Shown here piece after piece: positions 39,351 through 49,519 of a DNA stretch of 64,000 nt. The first letter of the stretch is position 1. Every line of letters starts with the position of its first letter. Made by a program: the position numbers and the translations under genes. This DNA is from Candidatus Latescibacterota bacterium (GTDB taxonomy: Bacteria; Latescibacterota; CBDEFO01), in contig OZ252149.1 in assembly GCA_965248755.1 (NCBI GenBank), positions 3,008,001 to 3,072,000 of the forward strand, written 5' to 3'. The notes beneath the pieces were generated by a model. It was not told where the DNA came from. It did no database searches and saw nothing but the letters and a program-made list of their open reading frames with translations.

Positions 39351-40142
39351 CTACATTAACCCCTTAACTACGCCGCCGTCCACCTGCACAGTGACGCCCG
39401 TCACGTACCTTGCCCTGTCCGAAGATAGAAAGACCACCATATCGGCCAACTCATCAGGCTTGCCCGGGCGGCCAAGGGGAACATCACCGGAAATATCATC
39501 TATGACTTCCTCCAAAGACTGTCCAGTTTTTTCTCCCCTACCAGCAAGCAGGCTTTCCAGCCTCTGGGTCCTGATATATCCGGGGCACACGTTATTTATG
39601 CGGATATTGTATTGACCCAGTTCATTTGCCATCGTCTTGGCCACACCTACCACACCCGCCCTGTAGGAGTTGGACAAGATAAGGCTATCCACAGGCTGTT
39701 TGACCGAAAGAGAAGTTATATTCACAATAGAACCTCCTCCCTGCCTTTGCATAATAGGCACAACCTTGGTTGAGCTCCTCACCATGCTCATAAACGTGAG
39801 CTTCCAGCCTAACTCCCACTGATCTTCGCCCTGTTCCATAAAGAGACCAGCAGGAGGCCCACCGGCGTTATTGACCAGGCAATCTATTCGTCCGAACTCA
39901 TCCACAGTCCTGTCAATAAGATTCTCAATATCCTCAGCTTTGGACATATCAGTGGGGACTGCCAACACCTGGGCGCCCGTCTTCGACCTTATCTCCTCAG
40001 CGGTTTCGTGCAGTCGCTCCTCGTTGCGGGAGGATACCACGACACGAGCCCCTTCTTCGGCAAGGCCCATAGCGCAGGCCCTCCCCAATCCCAGGCTCGA
40101 ACCACCTACTACAGCCACTTTATCCTTTAGACCCAGATCCAT
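39351..40142 (-). CDS. SDR-family oxidoreductase
   Basis: GGSSLGLG, NNAGGP, SNSYR, NNVCPGYIRT. Confidence 0.9.
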   Translation of the reverse strand: MDLGLKDKVAVVGGSSLGLGRACAMGLAEEGARVVVSSRNEERLHETAEEIRSKTGAQVLAVPTDMSKAEDIENLIDRTVDEFGRIDCLVNNAGGPPAGLFMEQGEDQWELGWKLTFMSMVRSSTKVVPIMQRQGGGSIVNITSLSVKQPVDSLILSNSYRAGVVGVAKTMANELGQYNIRINNVCPGYIRTQRLESLLAGRGEKTGQSLEEVIDDISGDVPLGRPGKPDELADMVVFLSSDRARYVTGVTVQVDGGVVKGLM

Positions 40143-40158
40143 AGGAGTTCTCCTTTCA

Positions 40159-40242
40159 TTATAGTCACTGGATAGTCACTTTATAGCCACTGGGGTTTCC
40201 TTATAGTCACTGGATAGTCACTTTATAGCCACTGGGGTTTCC
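40159..40242. repeat. Perfect 42-bp tandem duplication with ATAG(T/C)CACT subrepeats
   Basis: TTATAGTCACTGGATAGTCACTTTATAGCCACTGGGGTTTCC x2. Confidence 0.9.
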
Positions 40243-40492
40243 TTAAAAGCCAAAATCTCATCTTGCGGATTTTAAGCTAAATTACTATATTTCTTATGAA
40301 ATGGGGATAACAGAAAGGCTATCCTACTTTGATTAGTGTCTACTGAAATTAAGGGGATATGCAGTAGATGTCAAGATCAATTTTGGGATTTGCACAGGTT
40401 CTAAAAAGGAACAGAACGATATGTTCAGGCGTTACTACAAAATAGACAGGTAAAGTAGGACGTCCTATCTACTTTTAACGGTTACTAGAAAA

Positions 40493-42850
40493 ATGGATAC
40501 TACATTTTTGGAACAGACAGAACTAGTAGAAGAAGTACTGGAAAAGGAAAACGAGCATCCCGAACTACAACAACTCCTTTTAGTGGTATCCTTTTACAAT
40601 GAGAGAGCGGATTTTGAGTCGATCTCCAGGGCCTACCACTTTGCCGAGCTTGCTCACAGGGGACAGTTTAGAGAATCAGGGTGTCCCTACATCATCCATT
40701 CCATCGAGGTAGCCAGGATCTTATCCAATCTGCATTTAGATTCGACGACCATAGCGGCGGGGCTTTTGCACGACATAGTCGAAGACACGGGAATAACCCA
40801 CCAGCAGGTGAGCGCGGAGTTCGGCGAGGAGATAGCTACCTTAGTAGACGGCGTGACGAAGATAACCGAGTGGGACGCCCACTCCGTCCGGGAGCCTGCA
40901 AAAGTATCAGAGAGCCTTTCACAGGAAGACTCAATTTCCCAGGCGCAGTCTTCAAAGTCTCGCACTGAAAAAACACAGGAGATTATACAGGCGGAGAACC
41001 TGCGAAAGATGCTCCTTTCGATGGTCAAGGATATAAGAGTGATCTTAATTAAGTTTGCGGACCGTTTAAACAATATGAGGACATTAGAATCTCTGAGCCC
41101 CGACCAGCAAAAACGCATAGCCCTTGAGACCAGAGAAGTGTATGCACCGTTGGCACACCGCATGGGGATAGCCAGGATCAAATGGGAGCTTGAAGATTTG
41201 AGCATTAAATACCTCGATTTTGAGGCCTACCAAAGCATAAGAGAAAAGATCGCGTTGAAAAGAGATAAAAGGGAAAGATACATAGAAGAGATTAAGGTCC
41301 CGCTGCAAAAGGAACTTAAAGCCAACAAGATAGAAGCCGAGATCACAGGTCGTCCCAAAAGCTTCTACAGCATCTACAGCAAGATGAAAAAAAGGGGTCT
41401 GCCCTTTGAAGACATATACGATCTTTTTGCCATAAGGATAATAGTTGAAACCGTAAAAGAGTGCTATCACGTTTTGGGATTGTTGCACAGTATGTACACC
41501 CCCGTCACTGCTAGATTCAAGGACTTCATTGCCACACCCAAGTCGAACATGTATCAGTCCTTACATACCACGGTGATAGGGCCAAGTGGCGAGATGGTCG
41601 AAATACAGATCAGGACCAAAAATATGCATCAGACCGCAGAAGAAGGCATAGCCTCTCACTGGAGATATAAAGAAGGGCTGACAAAAGAAGACGAACTGGA
41701 CAAACACATGGTATGGCTTCGGCAGTTAGTCGAATGGCAGCAGGATACGGAGTCGAAGGACTTTATGGAGGAACTTAAGATAGACTTATTCCAGGACGAG
41801 ATATTCGTTTTCACCCCCAAAGGGGCTCTAAAGCGACTGCCAAGAGGAGCCACACCGCTGGACTTTGCCTTCAGTGTTCATACAGATGTTGGGCTGCACA
41901 GCCTGGGCGCGAAAGTCAACGGGAAGATGTCATCTTTGGGCACAGAGCTAAAAAGCGGCGACACAGTCCAGATTATAACCTCCCTCAAACAGGAACCCCA
42001 CACAAACTGGCTCGAAATAGTAAAGACCTCCAAAGCCCGGTCCAGCATCAAACACTGGTTAAAGGAAACGAGGTACACACACAGCGTGGAACTCGGCAAG
42101 AAGATGCTCGAAAGAGAATTCAAGAGATTAAGAATCAAGATTAACCAGGACGAGCTCCTGGATATAGCCCAAAGCTGCGGCGAACAGGACATTGACCACC
42201 TCTTTGCCAATGTGGGGAACGGTCAGATCACCACCGGCAGGATTACCAGCAAGATTATGTCCGAACCCTCCCAAAAAGGAATGAAAAGATCAGACATCCC
42301 TGGCATGACGGGCAAGACACTTCAGGGTCCCAAAAGAGTATCGGAAGAATTGTTTGACAAGAAGGTCAAAGGCAAAGGCATCAGGATTGAGGGTTTGGAC
42401 AATATGATGATTCAATTTGCCAAATGCTGCAATCCCGTCCCGGGTGACGGAATTGTGGGGCTTATAACCAGAGGAAGAGGTGTCTCGATCCACAGGGTCG
42501 ATTGTCCTAACAGCCTTGCGATGCTCCAAGCTGCAGATGACGATCCAGCCAGCGAAAGGATAGTCCCGGCAGAATGGGACACCCAAAAGGGCCAGTCGTT
42601 CATCGTGCCGATACTTGTTCAGGCAGTGGACAGGAAAAACCTCTTAAGAGACATAACCAGGGTCTTTGCCGAGACTAGGACGAACATCAGAAGTGGATCA
42701 TTAGGTACCAAAGAGGACATTTCATACAACAATTTTGAATTAGATGTCAGAAATCTCCAGCACCTCAGTGGGTTGATCAAGAAGCTATCGAAGATCGACG
42801 ACGTCATCGACGTAAAGCGTTTAGATGAGCCAGAAGCGCTTGACAGTTAA
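40493..42850 (+). CDS. relA: Bifunctional (p)ppGpp synthetase/hydrolase (RelA/SpoT)
   Basis: HD motif LLHDIVEDT, ADRLNNMRTL, YQSLHTTV, EIQIRT; TGS, ZFD and ACT domains. Confidence 0.95.
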   Translation: MDTTFLEQTELVEEVLEKENEHPELQQLLLVVSFYNERADFESISRAYHFAELAHRGQFRESGCPYIIHSIEVARILSNLHLDSTTIAAGLLHDIVEDTGITHQQVSAEFGEEIATLVDGVTKITEWDAHSVREPAKVSESLSQEDSISQAQSSKSRTEKTQEIIQAENLRKMLLSMVKDIRVILIKFADRLNNMRTLESLSPDQQKRIALETREVYAPLAHRMGIARIKWELEDLSIKYLDFEAYQSIREKIALKRDKRERYIEEIKVPLQKELKANKIEAEITGRPKSFYSIYSKMKKRGLPFEDIYDLFAIRIIVETVKECYHVLGLLHSMYTPVTARFKDFIATPKSNMYQSLHTTVIGPSGEMVEIQIRTKNMHQTAEEGIASHWRYKEGLTKEDELDKHMVWLRQLVEWQQDTESKDFMEELKIDLFQDEIFVFTPKGALKRLPRGATPLDFAFSVHTDVGLHSLGAKVNGKMSSLGTELKSGDTVQIITSLKQEPHTNWLEIVKTSKARSSIKHWLKETRYTHSVELGKKMLEREFKRLRIKINQDELLDIAQSCGEQDIDHLFANVGNGQITTGRITSKIMSEPSQKGMKRSDIPGMTGKTLQGPKRVSEELFDKKVKGKGIRIEGLDNMMIQFAKCCNPVPGDGIVGLITRGRGVSIHRVDCPNSLAMLQAADDDPASERIVPAEWDTQKGQSFIVPILVQAVDRKNLLRDITRVFAETRTNIRSGSLGTKEDISYNNFELDVRNLQHLSGLIKKLSKIDDVIDVKRLDEPEALDS

Positions 42851-42857
42851 GGGGCAC

Positions 42858-42886
42858 TTGACAAACGCACCGAAAAACTTTATATT
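42858..42886 (+). promoter_or_regulatory. ssrA promoter
   Basis: TTGACA-N17-TATATT. The same form occurs at 44551-44579 and 59721-59749. Confidence 0.7.
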
Positions 42887-42945
42887 AGTAGACAGAAAAT
42901 GGGGGGATGTTCCCTCTTATTACTGTGTACTGTTTACCTAAAGAC

Positions 42946-43302
42946 GGGGGTGAATTGGATTCGACGGGGATAGAGGATAGAGGAACTGCGCGCCGAGATC
43001 CCAGTGACTCGTAAAACAATTGGGACAAAATTCAACTGCAGACGATTATTCGTATGCATTGGCAGCTTAATTAGCTGACCCGTTCCTTAGAGCACTTGCC
43101 TGCGGGGTTCTAAGGAGCGTCGAAAAGTCAGGCTGGCTCGATCTTCTGCTCCTGATTATCGGGTAAGATTTCAAAGAGCTGGCAATTTGTATATCCTGTC
43201 TGTTGGAGATGCAAATTGTAAGATTAAATAGATAGACTACGCGTGTAGACGTTTCTTTTGAATTATCTGCGGACGCGGGTTCGATCCCCGCCACCTCCAC
43301 CA
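42946..43302 (+). ncRNA. ssrA: tmRNA
   Basis: 5' GGGGGTGAATTGGATTCGAC; 3' GGTTCGATCCCCGCCACCTCCACCA; tag ADDYSYALAA* at 43038-43070. Confidence 0.96.
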
Positions 43303-43415
43303 TTTTTGGAGAGACAGCATACAGAGAGGGAGAAGTGCGCTTGCTCTGATTGAAGCTCTGATTGAAGCCCCGATTGAATCTATCGGGGGTCTGTCTACCT
43401 GCTTAGAGGAAGACT

Positions 43416-44168
43416 ATGCATAAAGATATAGACGTTATACTAGAGGACTGGGAATTTGATCCTAAAGGTCTTTTAGTCAGGAAGATAAGAGGATTAGATG
43501 GAAAAGAGAAGATACAGATGAGGGTGGAGTTAGGCGTTATACAGATGGATCTGGAAGGTAAACCCGATGGCACGAGACCCTACGGCTCAGAGTCCCTTTT
43601 GGACTACTATCTATCGTTGTTAAAAGAACATGAAAAAAGGGACACAGGCGAAGATTTCAAACTGGACAACGACGACTGTGTGAAGCTACAGATGGAATTG
43701 ATGCAGTACTACCAAAGGCGCATAAGTTTTCTGGAGTTAGAGGAGTACCAAAAGGCTATAGGGGATGCAGAACACAACCTACAGATTATGGATCTAATAA
43801 AAGAATACGCACAGGAAGAGCAGTACAAAATAGAGGTAGATCGATGGAGACCTTTTGTAACTATGCAAATGACCAGAGCCGATGCCCTTATAAGCCTGGA
43901 CAGAAAGGACCACCAGGAGGCACTTGACAAAATACAAGAAGGAATAGGACAAATAGAGGACTTCTACAAGGAATACGAAAGAGAAGACCTAATCGAAATG
44001 AGCATCGAACTTAGAGCACTGACGAGTTGGTACGACGAAGTTGAGGCCAGCAAACCCCTGACCAAAGAGCAAAAATTAGAAAAGGAACTTGAGGAAGCCC
44101 TCGAAAGAGAGGACTTTGAAAGGGCTGTGCAGCTTAGAGACGAACTGAAAGAAATAAGAGACAAATAG
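43416..44168 (+). CDS. UvrB/UvrC-motif protein
   Basis: C-terminal LEEALEREDFERAVQLRDEL UVR motif. Confidence 0.8.
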   Translation: MHKDIDVILEDWEFDPKGLLVRKIRGLDGKEKIQMRVELGVIQMDLEGKPDGTRPYGSESLLDYYLSLLKEHEKRDTGEDFKLDNDDCVKLQMELMQYYQRRISFLELEEYQKAIGDAEHNLQIMDLIKEYAQEEQYKIEVDRWRPFVTMQMTRADALISLDRKDHQEALDKIQEGIGQIEDFYKEYEREDLIEMSIELRALTSWYDEVEASKPLTKEQKLEKELEEALEREDFERAVQLRDELKEIRDK

Positions 44169-44633
44169 CCGTAGCTTCACGAGGGATGAATCGCGTTTAT
44201 AGGTTGACATTTTAGGCAAAACATTCCTTATGAGAGCCGAGCTTATCTCTTTGCCATTCGGCTAAAGGCTTGCGGACTTGTCCGTGGCTGATTTTTTCTT
44301 AAAACGGAGTAGTCACGTAGGTACACAAGGGGGACCAGAACGGTTCCCCTTGTGTATTGTTAGCTCAGGCCGTACACCTGGATCCCCGTCTCCGAACTTC
44401 TGAATTAAGGATCGGGCCTCTGTTCTCCAAGGCGGTGTGGCGGACGCCCACCAGCATCTTCACAGAGTGGTCAGGGCGCAGATCGTGGACCTGACAGTAT
44501 GTTTGCGCACCTTTTTAGAACGTCCGAAGGCTTATTCAGCCGCCGAAAAATTGACAAATAAAGCTGAAGAAATTATATTCTTACCTAGCGCCAGATAAGT
44601 ATTCAAGCTTAAAATATCCTTGCAGTTTTTGCC

Positions 44634-45986
44634 ATGAAATCTTATCAAAATGCCCTTAAAATAGTCAATGTCCTCAAGGAAAGGGGCTTTGCGGCCCTCT
44701 TTGCCGGGGGATGTGTCAGGGATATGGTTATGATCCAGCGTGGACTCCGTGGCGTTGAGGCTACCGATTACGACATCGCCACAGACGCTCCCGTTGAACA
44801 GATAACCTCCATTTTTCCCAGAACCATCCCCATAGGGACCAAGTTCGGATCGGTGATAGTGGTTATGGACGGCCAGGAATACGATGTGACAAGATTCAGG
44901 AAGGAAGGAGTTTACAAAGACGGAAGGCATCCGGAAGAGGTAGAGTTTTTTCAAGAGCAGAGCGAAATACGACAAGACGCCCTGAGGCGGGACTTCACTA
45001 TAAACGGTATGTTCTACGACCCTGCAAAGGACGAGCTAATAGACCACGTCGGTGGGATTGGGGACATCGAAGATGGAATAATAAGGGCCATAGGAGAGCC
45101 TCGAAAGAGATTCGAAGAAGATAAGTTAAGGATGATAAGGGCGGTTAGATTTGCGTCTCGCTACAGCTATAAGATAGAGGAGGAGACCTTAAGCGCAATA
45201 GAAGAGATGTCCCATAAAATTCAACAGGTCAGCCCCGAAAGGATTAGGGCTGAACTTATAATGATCATTACTGATTATAGTCTCTCCCGTGGTGTAAGGC
45301 TTCTGATAGAGACGAGTCTTATGGATCACATAATCCCTGAAGTGGGCAAGATGGACGGCGTAGAACAGCCGCCGCAGTTCCACCCTGAAGGTGACGTCTT
45401 AACCCACACACTCATGATGCTGGACTATGTAGAATGCCCATCACCTGAGCTTGCTATGGGAGTCCTACTGCACGACGTGGGGAAACCCTCTACATTTCGC
45501 ATCGCAGACAGAATACGGTTCGACAACCACGCCAAAGTTGGAGCAGAGATGTCCGAGAAGATATGCAGAAGACTCAGATTCTCGAACGATCAGACGGAGC
45601 ATATAACCCAACTGGTGAGAAATCATCTCAAGTTTATGCACGTACAAGACATGAAAGAAAGCACCTTAAAGAGATTCTTAAGAATGGACAAGTTCGAGGA
45701 TCATCTCGAACTGCACAGGGTAGATTGCAAAGCCAGCCACGGGGATTTGAGCAACTGGGAATTTTGCAGAGAAAAGTTTGAGACCTTAAAGCATGATCAG
45801 ATAAGTCCTCTTCCCCTTCTAAATGGTCACGACCTCATAGAAGAAGGTTATACTCCAGGGCCTATTTTCAAAAAGATCCTGACCTTTGTAGAGGACCTGC
45901 AGTTGGAAGGAGTCGCATCAACAAAAGACCAAGCTCTCCAGCTCGTAAAGGCGAAATTCCCGCCCATATCAAGTGGACAGGGATAG
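44634..45986 (+). CDS. cca: CCA-adding tRNA nucleotidyltransferase with HD domain
   Basis: GGCVRD, DYDIAT, DALRRDFTIN, EDKLRMIRAVRF, FHPEGDV, LLHDVGK. Confidence 0.9.
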   Translation: MKSYQNALKIVNVLKERGFAALFAGGCVRDMVMIQRGLRGVEATDYDIATDAPVEQITSIFPRTIPIGTKFGSVIVVMDGQEYDVTRFRKEGVYKDGRHPEEVEFFQEQSEIRQDALRRDFTINGMFYDPAKDELIDHVGGIGDIEDGIIRAIGEPRKRFEEDKLRMIRAVRFASRYSYKIEEETLSAIEEMSHKIQQVSPERIRAELIMIITDYSLSRGVRLLIETSLMDHIIPEVGKMDGVEQPPQFHPEGDVLTHTLMMLDYVECPSPELAMGVLLHDVGKPSTFRIADRIRFDNHAKVGAEMSEKICRRLRFSNDQTEHITQLVRNHLKFMHVQDMKESTLKRFLRMDKFEDHLELHRVDCKASHGDLSNWEFCREKFETLKHDQISPLPLLNGHDLIEEGYTPGPIFKKILTFVEDLQLEGVASTKDQALQLVKAKFPPISSGQG

Positions 45987-46121
45987 GAGCATGCCCTATC
46001 TACCTTTTAATTCTTGCGCTGATGTCCAATTCCTGTTATATTAAATCCACCAATAACGGAAATAAACCATCTTACGATGTACAGGATAGATCAGTGTCTC
46101 TGCCCTGAAAATGAGGTAAAT

Positions 46122-47000
46122 ATGCTCACCGCGCAGGATTTGAAAAGGGCAAGCAAAAAAGAACCAAGTTCACACAGCCAGAATCTCCCACATTTGGAGA
46201 TCGTCCCCCTGAACAAGGTCTTGCTTCACGAGGACGCAGATCCCTACAGAGTAGAGGGACTCCTACAAAGATTAGGACAAGATAAGATCCTTCGCAATCC
46301 GCCCATTGTGGCAAAACTGGAAAGTGAACTCTATATGGTTCTGGACGGTGCCAACAGGATCACGGCCCTAAAAGAGATGAACTGCCGCGATGCTCTGGTT
46401 CAGATCGTGGGTTACTTCGATCCTGAGATTGAGCTTTCGACATGGTATCATCTTGTGGTAGATCGGACAGAAACCGACCTTTTCCAAAAGATAGATGAAA
46501 TCTACGGAATAGAGATGTACAGCACCGCACACGAAGAGGCTGAGACTCTTTTGAAGGAAAGACGGATCATTAGCTACGCCGATTTCAAGGACAACGGCAC
46601 CTTTGCGTTTGAGGGTGGAGACGATTTAGAATCTCAAATAGCCTCCCTGAACAAGATGGTGAGCACCTACAAAGGAAAAGCGCCGATATACAGAGTCACG
46701 ACAGACAGGATAGAGACGTTAAAGGAGGACTACGACAATCCCACCGCTGTTGTAGTCTTTCCACAATATACCAAGGGAGAAATAGCGAGCCTTGCCACAA
46801 ATGACATCAAGCTCCCCACTGGCATAACCAGACACGTGATCCCCCGACGTGCCTTAAGAGTTAACTTGAGCCTTGATATCTTCTTCAACTCAAAGACTTT
46901 AGAGGAAAAGAACCTCTGGCTTGGAGAGTATATAAGGGAAAAGAACGCCAGTAGACAGGTCAGATTCTACGCTGAGTCTACCTTTTTGTTCGATGAGTAG
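46122..47000 (+). CDS. ParB/sulfiredoxin-like N-terminal domain protein (SbnI/SerK-like)
   Basis: LLHEDAD, LRNPPIV, YMVLDGANR, KLPTGITRH. Confidence 0.6.
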   Translation: MLTAQDLKRASKKEPSSHSQNLPHLEIVPLNKVLLHEDADPYRVEGLLQRLGQDKILRNPPIVAKLESELYMVLDGANRITALKEMNCRDALVQIVGYFDPEIELSTWYHLVVDRTETDLFQKIDEIYGIEMYSTAHEEAETLLKERRIISYADFKDNGTFAFEGGDDLESQIASLNKMVSTYKGKAPIYRVTTDRIETLKEDYDNPTAVVVFPQYTKGEIASLATNDIKLPTGITRHVIPRRALRVNLSLDIFFNSKTLEEKNLWLGEYIREKNASRQVRFYAESTFLFDE

Positions 47001-47070
47001 TAAAAAGTAGGTAGGTGGCGCCTTTCCCTGTTTACGGCCTGCTGTAAGAAAAGAGAGGGAGTGGTCAGTC

Positions 47071-47595
47071 ATGGCTGACGCAGTGATAGTTGTGGATATG
47101 CTCAGGGGCTTTTGCCAGGAGGGGAATCCTCTCTACTGTGGACCTACAGCAAGACAGATCATACCCAACGTCCAGAAGCTTTTAGATAAGGAACTGGGCA
47201 GCGGATCGAAGGTGATTTTCTTAATAGATACCCACGACCCCGACGACAAGGAATTTCAGATGTTCCCCGAGCACTGCGTGAGAGGGACATCTGAGTGCGA
47301 CATAATCCCTGAGCTTTCAACTTATCCGGCAGAGAGGTTAGAAAAGTCCAGATACAGCGGATTTTACGGGACAGACCTTTCAGATAGGCTCGAAAAGCTA
47401 AATCCTGACAGGATCTCGGTCTGCGGGGTCTGCACAGATATTTGCGTTCTTCACACGGTAGCAGACGCCAGAAACAGGGACTATCCCGTAGTAGTCTATA
47501 AGAACTGCGTGGCTACATTTGACGATACTGCACACAAGTTTGCCCTCGATCACATAGAGAAGATATTAGGGGCACAGCTTGTGACAGTTGAATAG
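47071..47595 (+). CDS. pncA: Nicotinamidase / isochorismatase-family cysteine hydrolase
   Basis: VVDM, DTH, FPEHC, KSRYSGF, GVCTDICV; adjacent to pncB. Confidence 0.8.
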   Translation: MADAVIVVDMLRGFCQEGNPLYCGPTARQIIPNVQKLLDKELGSGSKVIFLIDTHDPDDKEFQMFPEHCVRGTSECDIIPELSTYPAERLEKSRYSGFYGTDLSDRLEKLNPDRISVCGVCTDICVLHTVADARNRDYPVVVYKNCVATFDDTAHKFALDHIEKILGAQLVTVE

Positions 47596-47608
47596 ATCAG
47601 GGACACGG

Positions 47609-48616
47609 ATGGGTAAGGACGTGCTCTTTCACTCCGCCCTTTCAAAGGACAGGGCGGATGTCTATTTTTCTCACGCACAGAAGATATTGAAGGCTGAGGG
47701 CATAGACGCAGACGTGACGATGGAGATATTCCCGAGCAGGGTGGGACTCCTGTGCGGGATAGAGGAAGTGCTCGATATTCTGGCAGAGGTACTCCCCGAA
47801 GGTTCCAAGAGTTGGTCATTGAACCAGGGGGAGATGATGGAGTCAAAGGAGATCGTCCTGAGGATCACGGCTCCGTACAGTGCTTTCGGCATCTATGAGA
47901 CAGCGCTTCTGGGAATATTGGCAAGTGAAAGTGGATGGGCGACGGCTGCAAGAGATTGCGTAGAAGCAGCAGCGGGCATCCCAATTATAAGCTTCGGCGC
48001 ACGGCACGTTCATCCCGATATATCGCACAGGTTGGAATATGCGGCCATAGTCGGAGGCTGTTCAGGGTGCGCCACACCTGCGGGATCGGCGTTAGCAGGA
48101 CGGAAGGCACAGGGAACAATCCCTCACGCAGTGATTCTGATCTTCGGGGATACACTCAAAGCCTTAAAAGCATTCGACAGACATATGCCGATGGAGATCA
48201 GGAGGATAGCATTGGTGGATACGTTCAGGGATGAGGCAGAAGAGAGCATAAGGGTAGCTGATGCTCTGGGCGAAAGACTCTGGGGCGTCAGGCTCGACAC
48301 GCCAGCAGAAAGAGGGGGAGTGACCCCTGATTTGGTCAAAGAGGTAAGGGCTCGCCTCGACCGCGCTGGACATGGCCAGGTGAAGATCGTGGTGAGCGGA
48401 GGACTCGATGTGGAGAGGATAAGGCAATTCGTAGAGAGCGACGCACCAGTGGACTCATTCGGAGTAGGGAGCGCCATAAGCGGAGCTAACCCTATAGATT
48501 TCACAGCAGATATTAAGGAAGTAAACGGAAAGGCGATCGCCAAAAGGGGAAGAATTCCGGGGATAACGCACAATCCGAGGTTAGAAAGGATAGATCTGAC
48601 GAATAGGCAGGCGTAA
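47609..48616 (+). CDS. pncB: Nicotinate phosphoribosyltransferase
   Basis: ADVYF, SFGARH, GTIPHA, LVDTF, GVRLDTP, IVVSGG, FGVGS. Confidence 0.88.
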   Translation: MGKDVLFHSALSKDRADVYFSHAQKILKAEGIDADVTMEIFPSRVGLLCGIEEVLDILAEVLPEGSKSWSLNQGEMMESKEIVLRITAPYSAFGIYETALLGILASESGWATAARDCVEAAAGIPIISFGARHVHPDISHRLEYAAIVGGCSGCATPAGSALAGRKAQGTIPHAVILIFGDTLKALKAFDRHMPMEIRRIALVDTFRDEAEESIRVADALGERLWGVRLDTPAERGGVTPDLVKEVRARLDRAGHGQVKIVVSGGLDVERIRQFVESDAPVDSFGVGSAISGANPIDFTADIKEVNGKAIAKRGRIPGITHNPRLERIDLTNRQA

Positions 48617-48617
48617 A

Positions 48618-49238
48618 ATGAGTAGAAAATATAAGAATCCACCGATTATCGAAGCCAAGACATATACTTTCAAAGTAGTGGTCGAACCTGATGCCGACCG
48701 TTGGCACGCCTACTGCCCAGCCCTTGAACACTATGCCGCAGCAACCTGGGGATACACAAGAGAAGATGCCTATAAGAATATTCAAGAATTGGTGGAGATG
48801 ATAGTAGAGGGTATGACAGAAGATGGAGTCCCTATACCTGAGCCTGCAAGAGAAAAGGCTGAAGTCCCATCGGAGCAACTAGTAACAGTGGCCCCACAGG
48901 CTGTGGAGGAGAGAAATATCAGGTCACTTGAGCAACTGTACACCTTCAGAAAGCCACAACAGGTGTCCTCTTTTCTACAGGCTCATTCGTTTCTTGTCCC
49001 GTTATTGTTTGAGGCATACATCCAAATTGAGCAACACTTTCGATCAAATCCACAGGTCTTTCTTCAAGTCGTAACTGATCCCGAAGCAGCCGATGATCGC
49101 GAGTTGTTCATCTTCATTGGTACCAATCTTCCACCAGATGAGGCACTGGACAGACTGGACCGGTTAGATGAGGAATGGTGGTTTGATGCTATGGATAGTT
49201 CGAAGGGCGGTCTTTGTATTGATGTGGAATTTCTGTGA
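48618..49238 (+). CDS. Chimeric HicB-like antitoxin fused to a HEPN-associated domain
   Basis: HicB motif YCPAL..ATWGYTREDA..NIQE..EDGVPIP; C-terminal EALDRLDRLDEEWW..IDVEF. Confidence 0.65.
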   Translation: MSRKYKNPPIIEAKTYTFKVVVEPDADRWHAYCPALEHYAAATWGYTREDAYKNIQELVEMIVEGMTEDGVPIPEPAREKAEVPSEQLVTVAPQAVEERNIRSLEQLYTFRKPQQVSSFLQAHSFLVPLLFEAYIQIEQHFRSNPQVFLQVVTDPEAADDRELFIFIGTNLPPDEALDRLDRLDEEWWFDAMDSSKGGLCIDVEFL

Positions 49239-49519
49239 GCTTCGATTGGGTAGAGTATCTTGATCTTGCAGAGGAACTTGCTGGGTATCCCGTGAATCCA
49301 GCGAGTCAAGAGGCTAAATTGCGATCCTCGATTAGCAGGGCATATTACGCCGCGTTCAGTAAAGCACGGAATTACTTGCGCGATATTGAAGGGCTGTCTC
49401 TGTCGGGCACAGGAGAGGATCATAGACGTGTTCGAGAAGAATTCAAGAATAGTCCTGACAGAGTACGTAAAAAAATAGGTAATGATGTAGATCACCTGAG
49501 AACCAGCAGGACTAAGTAC
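49235..49519 (+). pseudogene. HEPN-domain protein, truncated at IS3 copy 3
   Basis: FDWVEYLDLAEEL..RSSISRAYYAAF; lacks the RxxADY end. Confidence 0.8.

Noticed and set aside
43270..43302. ssrA 3' end as the attachment site of the phage-like cluster
   Set aside because: I found no duplicate of the ssrA 3' end, no integrase, and housekeeping genes lie between ssrA and terS.
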